Assembly: GCF_031769215.1 (NCBI RefSeq)
Contig: NW_026781981.1
Location: 1,178,001 to 1,242,000, forward strand
DNA: 64,000 bases
Source of the DNA: Ylistrum balloti
Lineage: Eukaryota
Reading direction: 5' to 3'
A program made the position numbers and the translations under genes. Positions within the stretch are counted from its first letter, which is position 1, and every line of letters starts with the position of its first letter. The notes under the pieces were generated by a model. It had not been told where the DNA came from. It worked only from the letters and a program-made list of their open reading frames with translations, and made no database searches. Positions 39,472 through 51,265 of this stretch are shown in pieces.

Positions 39472-40506
39472 CAAAGTTTTCTGGTTGTTCAGGTAAGCCT
39501 CTTGCGTATATAGATTTCACGCCATCACTACAAATCACAGATGTTATATTCGTGAATTCCAACCTTGTGACCACTTTTCCGGAATTTTAAGGACCCAAAA
39601 TTAACATATCGCCAGCTGGTTTCTTGATCGTCGAAAAACTGTCTATTTCGGTGAAAATGGCAAAATAATAAAGCATATTCTCAATCAAAACTTAAAAGTC
39701 TTAAAAATAATACTGAAAGATGGTTAAATAAAAGATTGATGTACGAAGCACTTTTATATGATTTTTTCTTTGTCACCAAGTATCATACCCTTACTTTGCA
39801 AGACGAAGATGAAACTTTAATTCATATAAGGTGCCGAGAAAATAACAGAAAATATTAGTTATTTAGGAAATAAACTAAATAACATATGGAATGAATTATT
39901 TCCTATCACACATACAGATGTATTCTGACGCCTGTACTGGAAAAAGAAGTCCAGCAACAAATGCGTTATTTAGCTTTTTTATTACTTTCTAATATCAAAC
40001 CTTTCACAAAAACATCATCAGAAAAAATATTATCGTGGAATTGTTAGCGAGTTATGCAAATGATTCATGTCCCCCCAAATCTATCTAGATCGTTTTGGAT
40101 TATACTGTTCCTTAGTCATACAAATGGTTCTTAAGAACGTGTTATTGGTCATAAAACAAATATAAAAGGCACTCTCATTGTGTTGAACGATCGCCATGAT
40201 TTGTCTTAAGACACATTCAGCTATAATGTAACAGTGCTCGAGAATTCTTTTAAGTTTGAAATAAGTTTCTTACCTACATAAGATATCTTATATGACGGGA
40301 CTTCGCATCATGTAAGATATGTCATTTAGTATAAGTTATAGATAAATAGGAATTGAAATGATCTTATATAATATCTTATATAATATAGTGTACCTTATAT
40401 AGCAACTGATGCAGTTTCTAAGATAGTATAAAATTCACACAAGTGTTTATCACATTTTCAGAATTTTAGAGTAAGATACACAAGAGTCAAACAATAAATC
40501 AAATTG

Positions 40507-41922
40507 CATCATACATCTGTTTCGTCCTTCTAGGACTCGTCAGTGATGATATATCAAACATCTATTTCGTCCTTCTAGGACTCGTCAGTGATGATATATC
40601 AAACATCTATTTCGTCCTTCTAGGACTCGTCAGTGATGATATATCAAACATCTGTTTCGTCCATCTAGGACTCGTCAGTGATGATACATCACATAGCTGT
40701 TTCGTCCTTCTAGGACTCGTCAGTGATGATACATCATACAGCGGTTTCGTCCTTCTAGGTCTCGTCAGTGATGCTACGACACATAGCTGTTTCGTCCTTC
40801 TAGGACTCGTCAGTGATGATACTGTTTCGTCCTTCTAGGACTCGTCAGTGATGATATATCAAACATCTGTTTCGTCCTTCTAGGACTCGTCAGTGATGCT
40901 ACATCATACATCTATTTCGTCCTTCTAGGACTCGTCAGTGATGATATATCAAACATCTGTTTCGTCCTTCTAGGACTCGTCAGTGATGATATATCAAACA
41001 TCTGTTTCGTCCTTCTAGGACTCGTCAGTGATGATATATCAAACATCTGTTTCGTCCTTCTAGGACTCGTCAGTGATGATACATCACATAGCTGTTTCGT
41101 CCTTCTAGGACTCGTCAGTGATGATATATCAAACATCTGTTTCGTCCTTCTAGGACTCGTCAGTGATGATATATCAAACATCTGTTTCGTCCAGTGATGA
41201 TATATCAAACATCTGTTTCGTCCTTCTAGGACTCGTCAGTGATGCTACATCACATAGCTGTTTCGTCCTTAAAGGACTTGTCAGTGATGATACATCAAAC
41301 ATCTGTTTCGTCCTTCTAGGACTCGTCAGTGATGATACATCATACAGCGGTTTCGTCCTTCTAGGTCTCGTCAGTGATGCTACGACACATAGCTGTTTCG
41401 TCCTTCTAGGACTCGTCAGTGATGATACATCACATAGCTGTTTCGTCCTTCTAGGACTCGTCAGTGATGATACATCAAACATCTGTTTCGTCCTTTTAGG
41501 ACTCGTCAGTGATGATACATTAAACATCTGTTTCGTCCTTCTAGGACTCGTCAGTGATGCTACATCACATAGCTGTATCGTCCTTCAAGGACTTGTCAGT
41601 GATGATACATCAAACATCTGTTTCGTCCTTCTAGGACACGTCAGTGATGATACATCAAACATGTGTTTCGTCCTTCTAGGACTCGTCAGTGATGCTACTT
41701 CAAACATCTGTTTCGTCCTTCTAGGACTCGTCAGTGATGCTACATCAAACATCTGTTTCGTCCTTCTAGGACACGTTAGTGATGTTACATCAAACATTTA
41801 TTTCGTCCTTCTAGGACACGTCAGTGATGATACATCATACAGCTGTTTCGTCCTTCTAGGACTTGTCAGTGATGCTACATCAAACATCTGTTTCGTCCTT
41901 CTAGGACTTGTCAGTGATGCTA
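40507..41922. repeat. 45-bp minisatellite, about 31 units
   Basis: Consensus TCTGTTTCGTCCTTCTAGGACTCGTCAGTGATGATA(T/C)ATCAAACA, with internal deletions near 40820 and 41190. Confidence 0.97.
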
Positions 41923-42692
41923 AGTGCGCAAAGTTTGAAGTCTAAGAGGCCACTATCGAAAGTGATCAAAAGAAAAGTCAAACAGCCTCGTAAATTTCGT
42001 AATCTTCATACATCAGATAATTGAGTTACATATATCACATAGTATGTAAGATATCTTATATATTATTTATCCAATCAAGATATTTGATATACTATGAAAG
42101 ATATGTTGTATATCTGAAAAACAATATGGACCGACATTACTTCTGAAATAAATGATATGTTGGTTTACCGTATGTTTCCTATTCAAGTACTGTTTCAGCA
42201 TGCCATATGGTAGAAGGGAAGCAACTCTCACTGACTGCTAATCTCAATACAGTACCATTGTGTCAAGCAATATGAAAACTGTTTCACTGGGGAAATAATT
42301 CAATTATTTTTTTTCTATTTTAACTCATTGTTTTCAAAAATGAAATGATGACGATGAAAAGTTGCATTAAATAAGCTGACATAATTACTATGACATACCA
42401 ACTTCAACAAAAACGTACCGCTACAGGATCACCAATCTTACCGGGTGGTACACTTATGCCATTGAATCCAAATTTAGTCATCAACACTTACACGGCTCAC
42501 AAACACGTGACCAGAGATACTTAATTCACAATCAAAGAATATAACTAGTAAAGTTTCTGATTATTTTAAATAAATTATATAGATGATGCATGTCTAAAAC
42601 AATTCTGAAACAAAATAAGGAAAACAAACTTTTGAGCAAAATAAATTTAATCTAAATCACATTGTGCTTACAAACCTATGTACATCAGCATA

Positions 42693-42698
42693 TTTATT
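42693..42698 (-). terminator. Candidate polyadenylation signal of SLC5 gene A
   Basis: AATAAA on the - strand (tttatt on +), about 470 nt past the stop. Confidence 0.35.
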
Positions 42699-43165
42699 TT
42701 CTAGTTTGTTCTTAGCGTAATGTAGAAGTGATGCATCGGACATGCGAATGCATTACGCGTCACATATCGTTTTAATTTGATTTATGTCATATATACAGAT
42801 CTGAACATCAAATTCAAGATGATTGGCACGAATAACGACTACATGTAGTCAAATTATCCTCTGAAAAGATAATAGAATTAGTTAAGTTTTCAACTAATCA
42901 GCATTAAAGTAAAGTATAATATTAAAGTATGATTTCAACCTATGCGTCAAATATACATTCTATAATATTATCATCTATTGCATACAATGTACTTCCTTAT
43001 TTAGAAAGCCTGAGTTAAATCAATTGAAACATATCATTCTATTTTAAGTAGATGTACGTAAACTGCTTAGTGGAAAGAAAATTTTATCCGTAACACAATG
43101 AGTAAATCATCATAAATTACATATGATTTTTTAATGTCATATTTTAAAATGATTAGTGTAAACAT

Positions 43166-43378
43166 TTACAACTTTGTTAGATCGTCATCGTTGTCAGGCA
43201 TCAGACCGTTTTCGTGATAGCCAGGGGCTTCATGAGTCTGACGTGATGTGTCCCTATATCGTGTTTGTGTCATTTGTACGTTTGGCTGAAGTTCGAGATC
43301 TCCGTTTGTAACAGTATACGGTCCGTCATATGTGTATGCCTCGGTCTTTTTCGATGAGGATTCGTAAAACTGTGAAGG
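43166..43378 (-). CDS. SLC5: SLC5 gene A exon 15 (cytosolic tail, ends ...DDDLTKL*)
   Basis: Acceptor tcttttcag, phase 0, PSQFYESSSKK...LTKL, TAA at 43168-43166. Confidence 0.85.
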   Translation of the reverse strand, partial: PSQFYESSSKKTEAYTYDGPYTVTNGDLELQPNVQMTQTRYRDTSRQTHEAPGYHENGLMPDNDDDLTKL

Positions 43379-43872
43379 CTGAAAAGAAGAAATCAGTTTC
43401 ATGATAACCATATTATACTGAACTGATTCAAAATATCATATATCATTCTAGAATTATTGATAAAACCATTCTACAATGGACAGGTCAAATGCTACGTCAT
43501 CCATACTTCTATTGTTTTATCGATAACAATGTTATAGTGTCCTATTTATAGATCATAAACTCATCATCAGGGATAACGGAAATGTTACAAGCAGCAAATC
43601 GATTTATGTTTCCTTGAAAACTTCGAACGCCTACCACGTTTACAGCGGTGAAACATACATCCTACAATGTTTAGGTCTCTTTTATCCGTAAATACTGCAT
43701 TTGAAAATGACAAGGGAGATAAGTGGAAAACACTGATAGTGCGAATATCCTACAACCGTGATCTTCCTTCTAGATCAAACCCTAATCACACCACTTACAC
43801 AGGTGATTCCTCAATAGACATGACAGTGTAGCATATATCTTCCAGTACTTGTATACATAAGTGACGACTTAC

Positions 43873-43982
43873 TGGTTTCGTCAGACGATTAACCTTTTGA
43901 CATGATAAAGCAGGGTAACAGCATACTCTGTCAGAAACTGGATGTACCAATTCTTTGTCCAAGTCTTCAGGACGGTTCAAAT
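43873..43982 (-). CDS. SLC5: SLC5 gene A exon 14
   Basis: atttcag|(D)LNRPEDLDKELVHPVSDRVCCYPALSCQKVNRLTKP|gtaagt. Confidence 0.88.
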
Positions 43983-44375
43983 CTGAAATAAAGGTAATTA
44001 GAAATTCACATTTACAGTTTACTATTTTTTTCCCCATTTCATTCATCAAGTTGAAATGCGATCGATCGATATCAAATATATTTCACAAAGACAGATGTTT
44101 GTTTCCGAAAGAGTGGGGCGTTTTGCTGTATTTGTGTTTTGTTGTTGTTTTTTTTTTTTTCTTATTTTTATTATCATTATTTATTCATTAATTTGTTATT
44201 GTTGTTGTTGCTGCTGCAGCTGCTCTTATCTATGTTATGCATATTCAGTGATGACGTGAATTAGATTGGTATCCAGCTTTGGTGTTGAATTTGACACTGA
44301 TTTCATATTTTGCATGCCATCGTTATCAGGCACTGCTTTAAAACAAAGAAAGAAAAGAAAGTGTGATGATCTTAC

Positions 44376-44476
44376 CAGTGCAGAAATTTGACAGAAGTGT
44401 AACGACAGTTCCAACGAAGAGAGATATCAACACGGCGAATAAGGCATACCATAAGTAGGAGATATGGTAAATCCAC
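44376..44476 (-). CDS. SLC5: SLC5 gene A exon 13 (last TM)
   Basis: ttatctag|WIYHISYLWYALFAVLISLFVGTVVTLLSNFCT|gtaag. Confidence 0.92.
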
Positions 44477-44836
44477 CTAGATAAGGACATACATAGGAAA
44501 ATAAATACAAACACGTGTCATTAAAATGTATGAGGACCGATAGAGAATAGAAACAAAGTGCACAAAAATGGGCTTTTTGATCATGTAAATCAATTTAATA
44601 ATGAAAAATAGGGCTTGGAAATATTTTTGATTTATGCCATAATTCGTTGGGATGGTATTCGGTTTCATCTTTACATATTGCATGTCATTCATATCACATG
44701 AGGCAGTCAATCGCTTGTAATGATGTTCATTTTGAAATACAAGGTAAGATTACTAAACGTTTAATCTAACAAATGAACGAGCGCACATATGACACTAAAT
44801 CCTACGAATTGTTGATGAAAGTCAATTAAAACTTAC

Positions 44837-45090
44837 AAATCCTGTCCATTTGGTGTAGCTGCTGTAGGTATCTCTGTCGAAGTGTTGTAATATATTGTTG
44901 AAATAGGTGTCATGGTACTGTAAAGTGTTGCTGTGTTCTGATTATCAGCTGATGACGTACAGTTTCGCTGGAAGTGTTGACATATAGACGCTGAAACTTT
45001 CTTTATCGGAGGTATTGGTAATATTACAGAACCTCCGACACCCACCCAGAATGTCAATACAGCACTGCAGACAAGTCCACAAAACGCTCC
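44837..45090 (-). CDS. SLC5: SLC5 gene A exon 12 (TM + glycosylated loop)
   Basis: ctacag|GAFCGLVCSAVLTFWVGVGG...RNCTSS...YNTST...|gtaagt. Confidence 0.9.
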
Positions 45091-45845
45091 CTGTAGTAAT
45101 GAGGTTTAGAATAAAATGATAACGTTGACAAAAACAAATGATCGCTTTTTAAATAAACGTAAAAATCAATGCCGGTGTAATTCATGATTTTACATTAAGT
45201 GATTGGTTTTATGGTATTTAATTCTCATTTGGGATCGTTGAATTACTTGTATTGGCCAGGATTTATATTCTCCTCATGCTTTGTAAGATGTCTAAAATTC
45301 TTCCTTTTGTTCTTCTTTTGTCATGGTTCATTCGAATTAAAGCATGAGTTAAGTTTCCGTATTTTCTTTGTTCTTTTTGAAAACCAATTTGCAATAGGCC
45401 GTGCACAATACAATATTTCGGGATTCCATGCACGTGATATACAATAATGATTCGTATCCAATGGTAAGTGCAATATTTCAATGCTTCATTATTATAATAT
45501 CACCGATGTAGCAAACAATCGCAAAATCTTATCGTACCTGACTGTAAAACTCCGTCCCATTCTACACAATTTGTGATTGTACATTTAGACAGGAATAGTA
45601 CAATTAATCATTTTCAAGAAGAGATCATTCAATACATAGCGATATGTCTTCCATACAAGCTGTCAAATTAATTCGTTTAGAAATAGCTTACAATATCTGT
45701 TAACATTCTTTTCAACAATGACATTTTAAACAGCGCTGTTCTTTTCAATAATCATTAAAGAAAGATAGGACTGTACACAAAACGTTACAGATCCAATACC
45801 CAGTAATTGTAAGACAATTAACAGTTTTTGTCTGTGTATACTTAC

Positions 45846-45932
45846 CGCCGAATTTACCCAGGGTAGAAAAATCCCGTTGAGAAACAATCCTAGCAGAGGA
45901 CCTCCCACCATGCCGAATATACTAAGCATAAT
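45846..45932 (-). CDS. SLC5: SLC5 gene A exon 11
   Basis: ttcgcag|[29 protein letters not shown]|gtaagt. Confidence 0.93.
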
Positions 45933-46301
45933 CTGCGAAAGATCGACAGAAAATAAACAATCTGAAATACAATTTGAGTAAACGATACTTTAAAGGAATG
46001 TTTATATGATAAACAAGGTCTTATATTGGTGCCCATATTTATTTTTATTATATTTAACATATGGATTCAATAATTTGGTATTACCTAAGCCTCCATGAGA
46101 ATATTATTTCAAATTATTGGACGTGATAATTGAGTTTAAAATGACACGTGCTTTCTATTCATTACCATAAATCCATAGTAAAAGAATTCAGCGTTACCAC
46201 TGTGTTTTCCCAAGAAGAAGAAAATGCGAATTTAAATGGGACTTATTTCAGCACCAAGACGATGGCATGACGTGACATCACAAGGCATCTTTGCATTTTA
46301 C

Positions 46302-46372
46302 CTGAAGAACAGTTTGTCCGAGAAACTGGGAGAGAAACGCAATGCCAATCACCATTCCTCCACATATAAATC
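46302..46372 (-). CDS. SLC5: SLC5 gene A exon 10
   Basis: ttattcag|(G)FICGGMVIGIAFLSQFLGQTVLQ|gtaaaa. Confidence 0.92.
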
Positions 46373-46643
46373 CTGAATAAAATTAATCACTTTTCAGTTT
46401 TTTGCAAACAGGTACTTTTAGCTTTTACGACCATACATATTTAGTTATTGTTTAAGAAATCAATTATTATCATTGTGATAACGCAACGAAAGGCACGGTT
46501 CAAAATAACACTGTCGTAGATTCAACCCAATGTTATCTCAATAAAGATAATAAAATATGATAAATAAACATTTCGTTTGAGACAATTGAATTAATTCATT
46601 TATAAGATCGACATTATTTAGAATTACTTTGCTAGAAGCTTAC

Positions 46644-46768
46644 CCAACACTTTAGCAATACGTCCCTGGACAACTGGTAATGGTTCTCCCCCGTTATGCC
46701 GCCAGTATATCTTTAGTATATCTTCTAATATAACAATGGCAAGGGCATTCAGTCCAGATGAGATAGAA
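46644..46768 (-). CDS. SLC5: SLC5 gene A exon 9
   Basis: cttacag|(S)SISSGLNALAIVILEDILK...IAKVL|gtaagc. Confidence 0.93.
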
Positions 46769-47617
46769 CTGTAAGTATATTGTCGTTTTAATATGAAACA
46801 ATTATATTGGTTCAATGTTATATAATCAGCAATATATATGTATATATGTGTGTGCGTTTTACTATCTGATAAAACATAAACTTATAAAATGATGAAAAGT
46901 CCAGTCACATATGTAATAAGCTCACAGTGTTTGTACAATACATATCACAAAAATGCTTAGATATGATCTGAAACAGTATATCAATGTCCACCATTATCAG
47001 ACATGCAAATAACCAATTTCTCTCTATAACGTTTATGTACATGAATACACTAGAGAATAAAGTAATAATGCATAGTAATTGTTGCGATTCAACGCTGATT
47101 GATCGATATAATGGTTACATTTTAATTTTACAATATAAATTAAATTCTCGTAATAAGAAATGATTCCTTTTTATTTCATATAAAACTAAATGTGGTGCAA
47201 ACTTTGCAATGATATTCCACATGTGTTCAGATTGTACGTATAATTTGTTTACTCTAGGGAAAAGATTTCAACTGCCAAAAAGAAACCATATTTGGCTTTG
47301 CATGAATGATAAGTTGGTTTAGCCTTTCGATAGAGACAATTCACCAGATGAACAACTGTTTAACGATACAAAAGGTTACATAGATCGATACATAGACGCT
47401 TCTTTTAACCCCAGGTACAGTAAATATGTCACAAAGCAACATGGGTGAAATAACTTTATCCCGAATTCCACGTGCATCAAATACAATCAGATTCGGAACA
47501 TACCAATAAAAAAGCATTAAAGATCAAAAATGCAATAATTTCTGGGTAGATATTGGTTTCAGTGGTGTGATAATATGTAGGTAGAAGCAGAATAAAATTA
47601 CAAATGTCACAGCTTAC

Positions 47618-47706
47618 CTGAGAGAGGCACTGAAAAGACTGGCCACAAACAATCCGGGTAGACCAGGTAAGAATGTAAGCTTATCCATAACCAAGAATGG
47701 TAGCAA
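47618..47706 (-). CDS. SLC5: SLC5 gene A exon 8
   Basis: tttacag|LLPFLVMDKLTFLPGLPGLFVASLFSASL|gtaagc. Confidence 0.94.
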
Positions 47707-48292
47707 CTGTAAAGAAAATAATACGTCATATGTCGATAATACCGTCTTAGAATATGTGTAGTAATAATTAATGATAGACAGTAGTAGACACCAACGAAAA
47801 ACAGAAATAACGGCTGTAAACAGCCACAGGTACACTCCTGAACTTGCTTCTTATCTAACGATTTGTTTGAAAACTAGGATTGATATTTCATATTATGAAG
47901 GATATAAACAGTTACCTATCTAAACAAGATAACTAATTGTTCAAAATACTAAAACTATTACTGGAAATAAAACTTTATTCCATCCTTTTTATTTTATTAG
48001 TTATCATTTGTGGAAGTTGTGACGTTATTGGAATTTGTAACATACATAAACACTGGATAAGATGATCCAGTTCAACAGAAACACGTTTATATATGTACTA
48101 TTTCGATTTGGAAAAAAAGTTTAATTAATAATACACCCCTTGATGACATTTGATACATTATCTGGAAATTATCGACGTAGATGTAATCATCAAAACATGC
48201 AATTAAACTCTTAAACGGAATAAATCATGAACTTTTTAAAATTTTATTGTTCTATCATAAACCATGCGTTTTTATAATAACATTATCTCTAC

Positions 48293-48422
48293 CTGGTCTC
48301 TGGCTTTGACGAGGTTCAGGATTTTCGGATCGCAATCATGATAAGTAGCATATATGACAATTCCTACCAGACACACCACCGTGGACAGGATCAAAGTCAA
48401 TGGGAGACTTACATACAGTGCT
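48293..48422 (-). CDS. SLC5: SLC5 gene A exon 7
   Basis: gtcatag|(R)ALYVSLPLTLILSTVVCLVGIVIYATYHDCDPKILNLVKARDQ|gtagag. Confidence 0.93.
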
Positions 48423-48912
48423 CTATGACAACACAAATATTATATCGCCATATTTCATTTACGTACAATGGAAAAATAGGAAAATAATTAATCCACAAAA
48501 TGCAAAAATACCCAATAAAAACTGAAACGGATTTAAATTATTCACGCGTAAATAATTAAGTTTAGTTATATCAATCAATTGCTGCTTAACATTCATGTGA
48601 ACAGGTGAACTCATTGAAATGTTCTATTTCTGAATGTGCATATTTTCACAGTTTTTTCGATGCGTGGTTCAAAACTGGTGTAATTTTTGCTAAATAAGTG
48701 AAATTGTTTTATTTGTTTTATTTACGTTTTTCGCGATTTTATTTTTTCTTCGAAAATACAACATGAACAGTAATAAACTTTCTCATTATACTGTTTCATA
48801 AGATCACAAAATGCATTTGATACATTGTCACTTCATTTAACAGTCAGGTATTATTAACGTCATCAAACAGTATGATTAACAGTTATCCAGGTAAAAGTTT
48901 GCTGTTTATTAC

Positions 48913-49053
48913 CTTTTAGAGTTTGTTATTTCTTTGATCGCCAAATATCGCTGAATCATTGTCTGATTGGCTGCGTAAATCGTCAGCTGACCAACAATAG
49001 AACCAATGACAAGTGCCCAGAAGGAGTGACGAACGGTAGGGTCGGCACTCCAG
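48913..49053 (-). CDS. SLC5: SLC5 gene A exon 6
   Basis: ttttcag|(D)WSADPTVRHSFWALVIGSIVGQLTIYAANQTMIQRYLAIKEITNSK|gtaata. Confidence 0.93.
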
Positions 49054-49559
49054 CTGAAAATATTGTATTATTAAAAGATGTAAATTTCACTTTTTAGCGT
49101 TGGAGAAATTTACGTCGATGTCATTTTATTCGATATACACACTGATGTATATTCTAACAGGTTGAATTGAGAAACGTTTGTATTCCAACAAAGCAATCGT
49201 ATTCATTATTTGATTATATACCTGACCAATATAAAACAACATTTGCAGTTCATAAGTTGAAAAAATCATACTCTCGGCATATATGATTTATCAAAATACG
49301 CCACTCTTATCGCATAAGAAACGATTAAGGGTTGTAATCGCGTATAACATATGCTCTGATGATTGCAATGAGGGAAAATCGTGAGATTTGTTAATCAGCT
49401 TAATTTGTGCAACTCAATATGTCGTTTCGTAAAATAGGGTCAACAAGATTGGATAAAATAAGTTGATTAAGCATGTTTCGGAATTATTGTTTAAAAAGTT
49501 GTTATAATTATTTTTATATTTGACATAATGATGGGTAGCATTTTTGATAGATAACGTAC

Positions 49560-49714
49560 TCAATGAAATGTATTCTGCCACCATGCTCAGCTATTTGCCA
49601 GACTCTATCCAAGCCACCGACCTCACGTGACCCTACTACAATAATGGCGATAAGTCCGGCCATGACGACAAATGTTTGAAATGTGTCGGTCCATACAACA
49701 GCTCTTAGTCCACC
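49560..49714 (-). CDS. SLC5: SLC5 gene A exon 5
   Basis: ctctacag|GGLRAVVWTDTFQTFVVMAGLIAIIVVGSREVGGLDRVWQIAEHGGRIHFI|gtacgt. Confidence 0.94.
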
Positions 49715-49926
49715 CTGTAGAGCAGAACCAAGACCGAAGAAAATACATTTATTTATGTTAATTTGAGATTAGATAATGCAAATACTTTTGGTTCATTTCC
49801 TTCAATCTACGTACCATGATTTGATATTTGTACTCTAAAGTGCATTTCACTTTTTAATGAATGATTTCATTTGATTCATATTTGAATATTGCAATACTTA
49901 AGACATTGATCTCAAAAATAACTTAC

Positions 49927-49994
49927 CAGTGCCGTGTAGAATGTACACACCAGGCCTATACAGACAATTGACAGCGACAAACTCAGACCAGTAA
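49927..49994 (-). CDS. SLC5: SLC5 gene A exon 4
   Basis: cttgtag|(V)TGLSLSLSIVCIGLVCTFYTAL|gtaagt. Confidence 0.93.
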
Positions 49995-50378
49995 CTACAA
50001 GAAGGGTTTTAAGCAATGCCACAGTGTAAATAGTCAGTACTTAAAGTCATCAAACAAAAAAACACTAAATTATGAAAAGGTCATTGAAGTCTTTCTCTAA
50101 AAACAGGTATACCAATATAATGTCAACAGTGGAAAAACGGTGAAATCTCGTAGGTGGAAGATATATAAACGTGTATAAATACGAGAGAAGATACCTCTTC
50201 TCCAACAACCAATTGTTTATTTTATAATAATTCAACGTACAATTAAATTGAATGGGCCTGGATTTTGAAACTTAAAACTCCTATCATACCTTTATTTTTT
50301 ACTTATCATATTTTTAATATATTTCACTGATTGTGTTATTGTTGCATTTTGATGATTGCCTGATACGTCTCAACATAC

Positions 50379-50430
50379 CTTGATTCAATGCCAAGGCAGG
50401 TGCATACAAAACTACTCCCATATACAGGAG
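50379..50430 (-). CDS. SLC5: SLC5 gene A exon 3
   Basis: cttatag|LLYMGVVLYAPALALNQ|gtatgt. Confidence 0.93.
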
Positions 50431-50944
50431 CTATAAGGGAACATGTAAAATGTTGGTAAGTAACGTCATATTTATTCACTGCTTCTAAATTATTGTGATG
50501 GTTTGTGTGAGTTTATATTAGAGTTAGAATTAATTGTTTACATCATACACTGACAGTAAAATCATGTGAAGTGTATTCATAGAGTACGTTCAAATAAACG
50601 TTCCATGCATTAATATCAATATTGATAATGCATCAGAGAATATACCTGAATATTGCATCTTAATGACGGCATCCTACGAGATACAATATCTTATATCGAA
50701 GTTAAGTTTTTTCTCTTATAACTATTAATTGTGCTTTTGTTTCGATGATACAATAGATCAGTTAATAAGCAAACAATGCAAATGTGAGGTCAGTGCAATA
50801 ATATCTTGCAAGAAAATAAAAAGTTAAATTCAAAAAAGCAAAAGCAAAAGCAACACAAAAACCAAGAAATGTGACACTATAAATAAACAGGTAAAAAGAG
50901 AGAAATAGTAATTGAGTATAGAGTTAAGGTTTATTTCTACTTAC

Positions 50945-51010
50945 CATATTCATCATAAAGATCAATGATGCACATACTCGTACAACTACGTTAAATCTCT
51001 TCTCCAAGTA
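50945..51010 (-). CDS. SLC5: SLC5 gene A exon 2
   Basis: ttttctttcag|YLEKRFNVVVRVCASLIFMMNM|gtaagt. Confidence 0.94.
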
Positions 51011-51054
51011 CTGAAAGAAAAAAAAGCGCAAATAGGTGGCATTTGTCCGAACAC

Positions 51055-51265
51055 TCGAGTACATTCGATAATTGGGTACATTTAATACTTGAGTACACCT
51101 AATACTGGTTAACATTTGAAACTTAGTGTTCATTTGATACTGGAGTACATCTAATACTGGTGTACTTTGGATACAAAAGTACATTTGATACTGGATTACA
51201 TCTAATACTAGAGTACATCTAATACTCAGTACATTTAATACTGGATCACATCTAATATTACATTT
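51055..51265. repeat. Degenerate 17-18-bp minisatellite in gene A intron 1
   Basis: Repeated (g)agtacat(c/t)taatactg units, about 11-12 copies. This explains the spurious ORF 50924..51268. Confidence 0.85.

Noticed and set aside
40530-41210. ATATATCAAACAT in many units is complementary to nt 5-17 of miR-190 as I recall its sequence
   Set aside because: There is no seed match (CATATC is absent) and no evidence of + strand transcription. An AT-rich 13-mer multiplied by tandem expansion counts as a single chance event.
40507-41922. CRISPR-like look (palindromic about 30-bp constant repeat plus variable spacer)
   Set aside because: The 15-nt variable parts are point-mutant versions of one sequence, not unique spacers. 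There are no cas genes and the context is eukaryotic with introns.
40912-41945. Long ORFs on both strands of the satellite (260 aa ICFVLLGLVSDDTSN repeats; MFDISSLTSPRRTKQ repeats)
   Set aside because: These follow from a stop-free 45-bp unit. Frame-breaking deletions occur within the array, and there is no splice or Kozak support.
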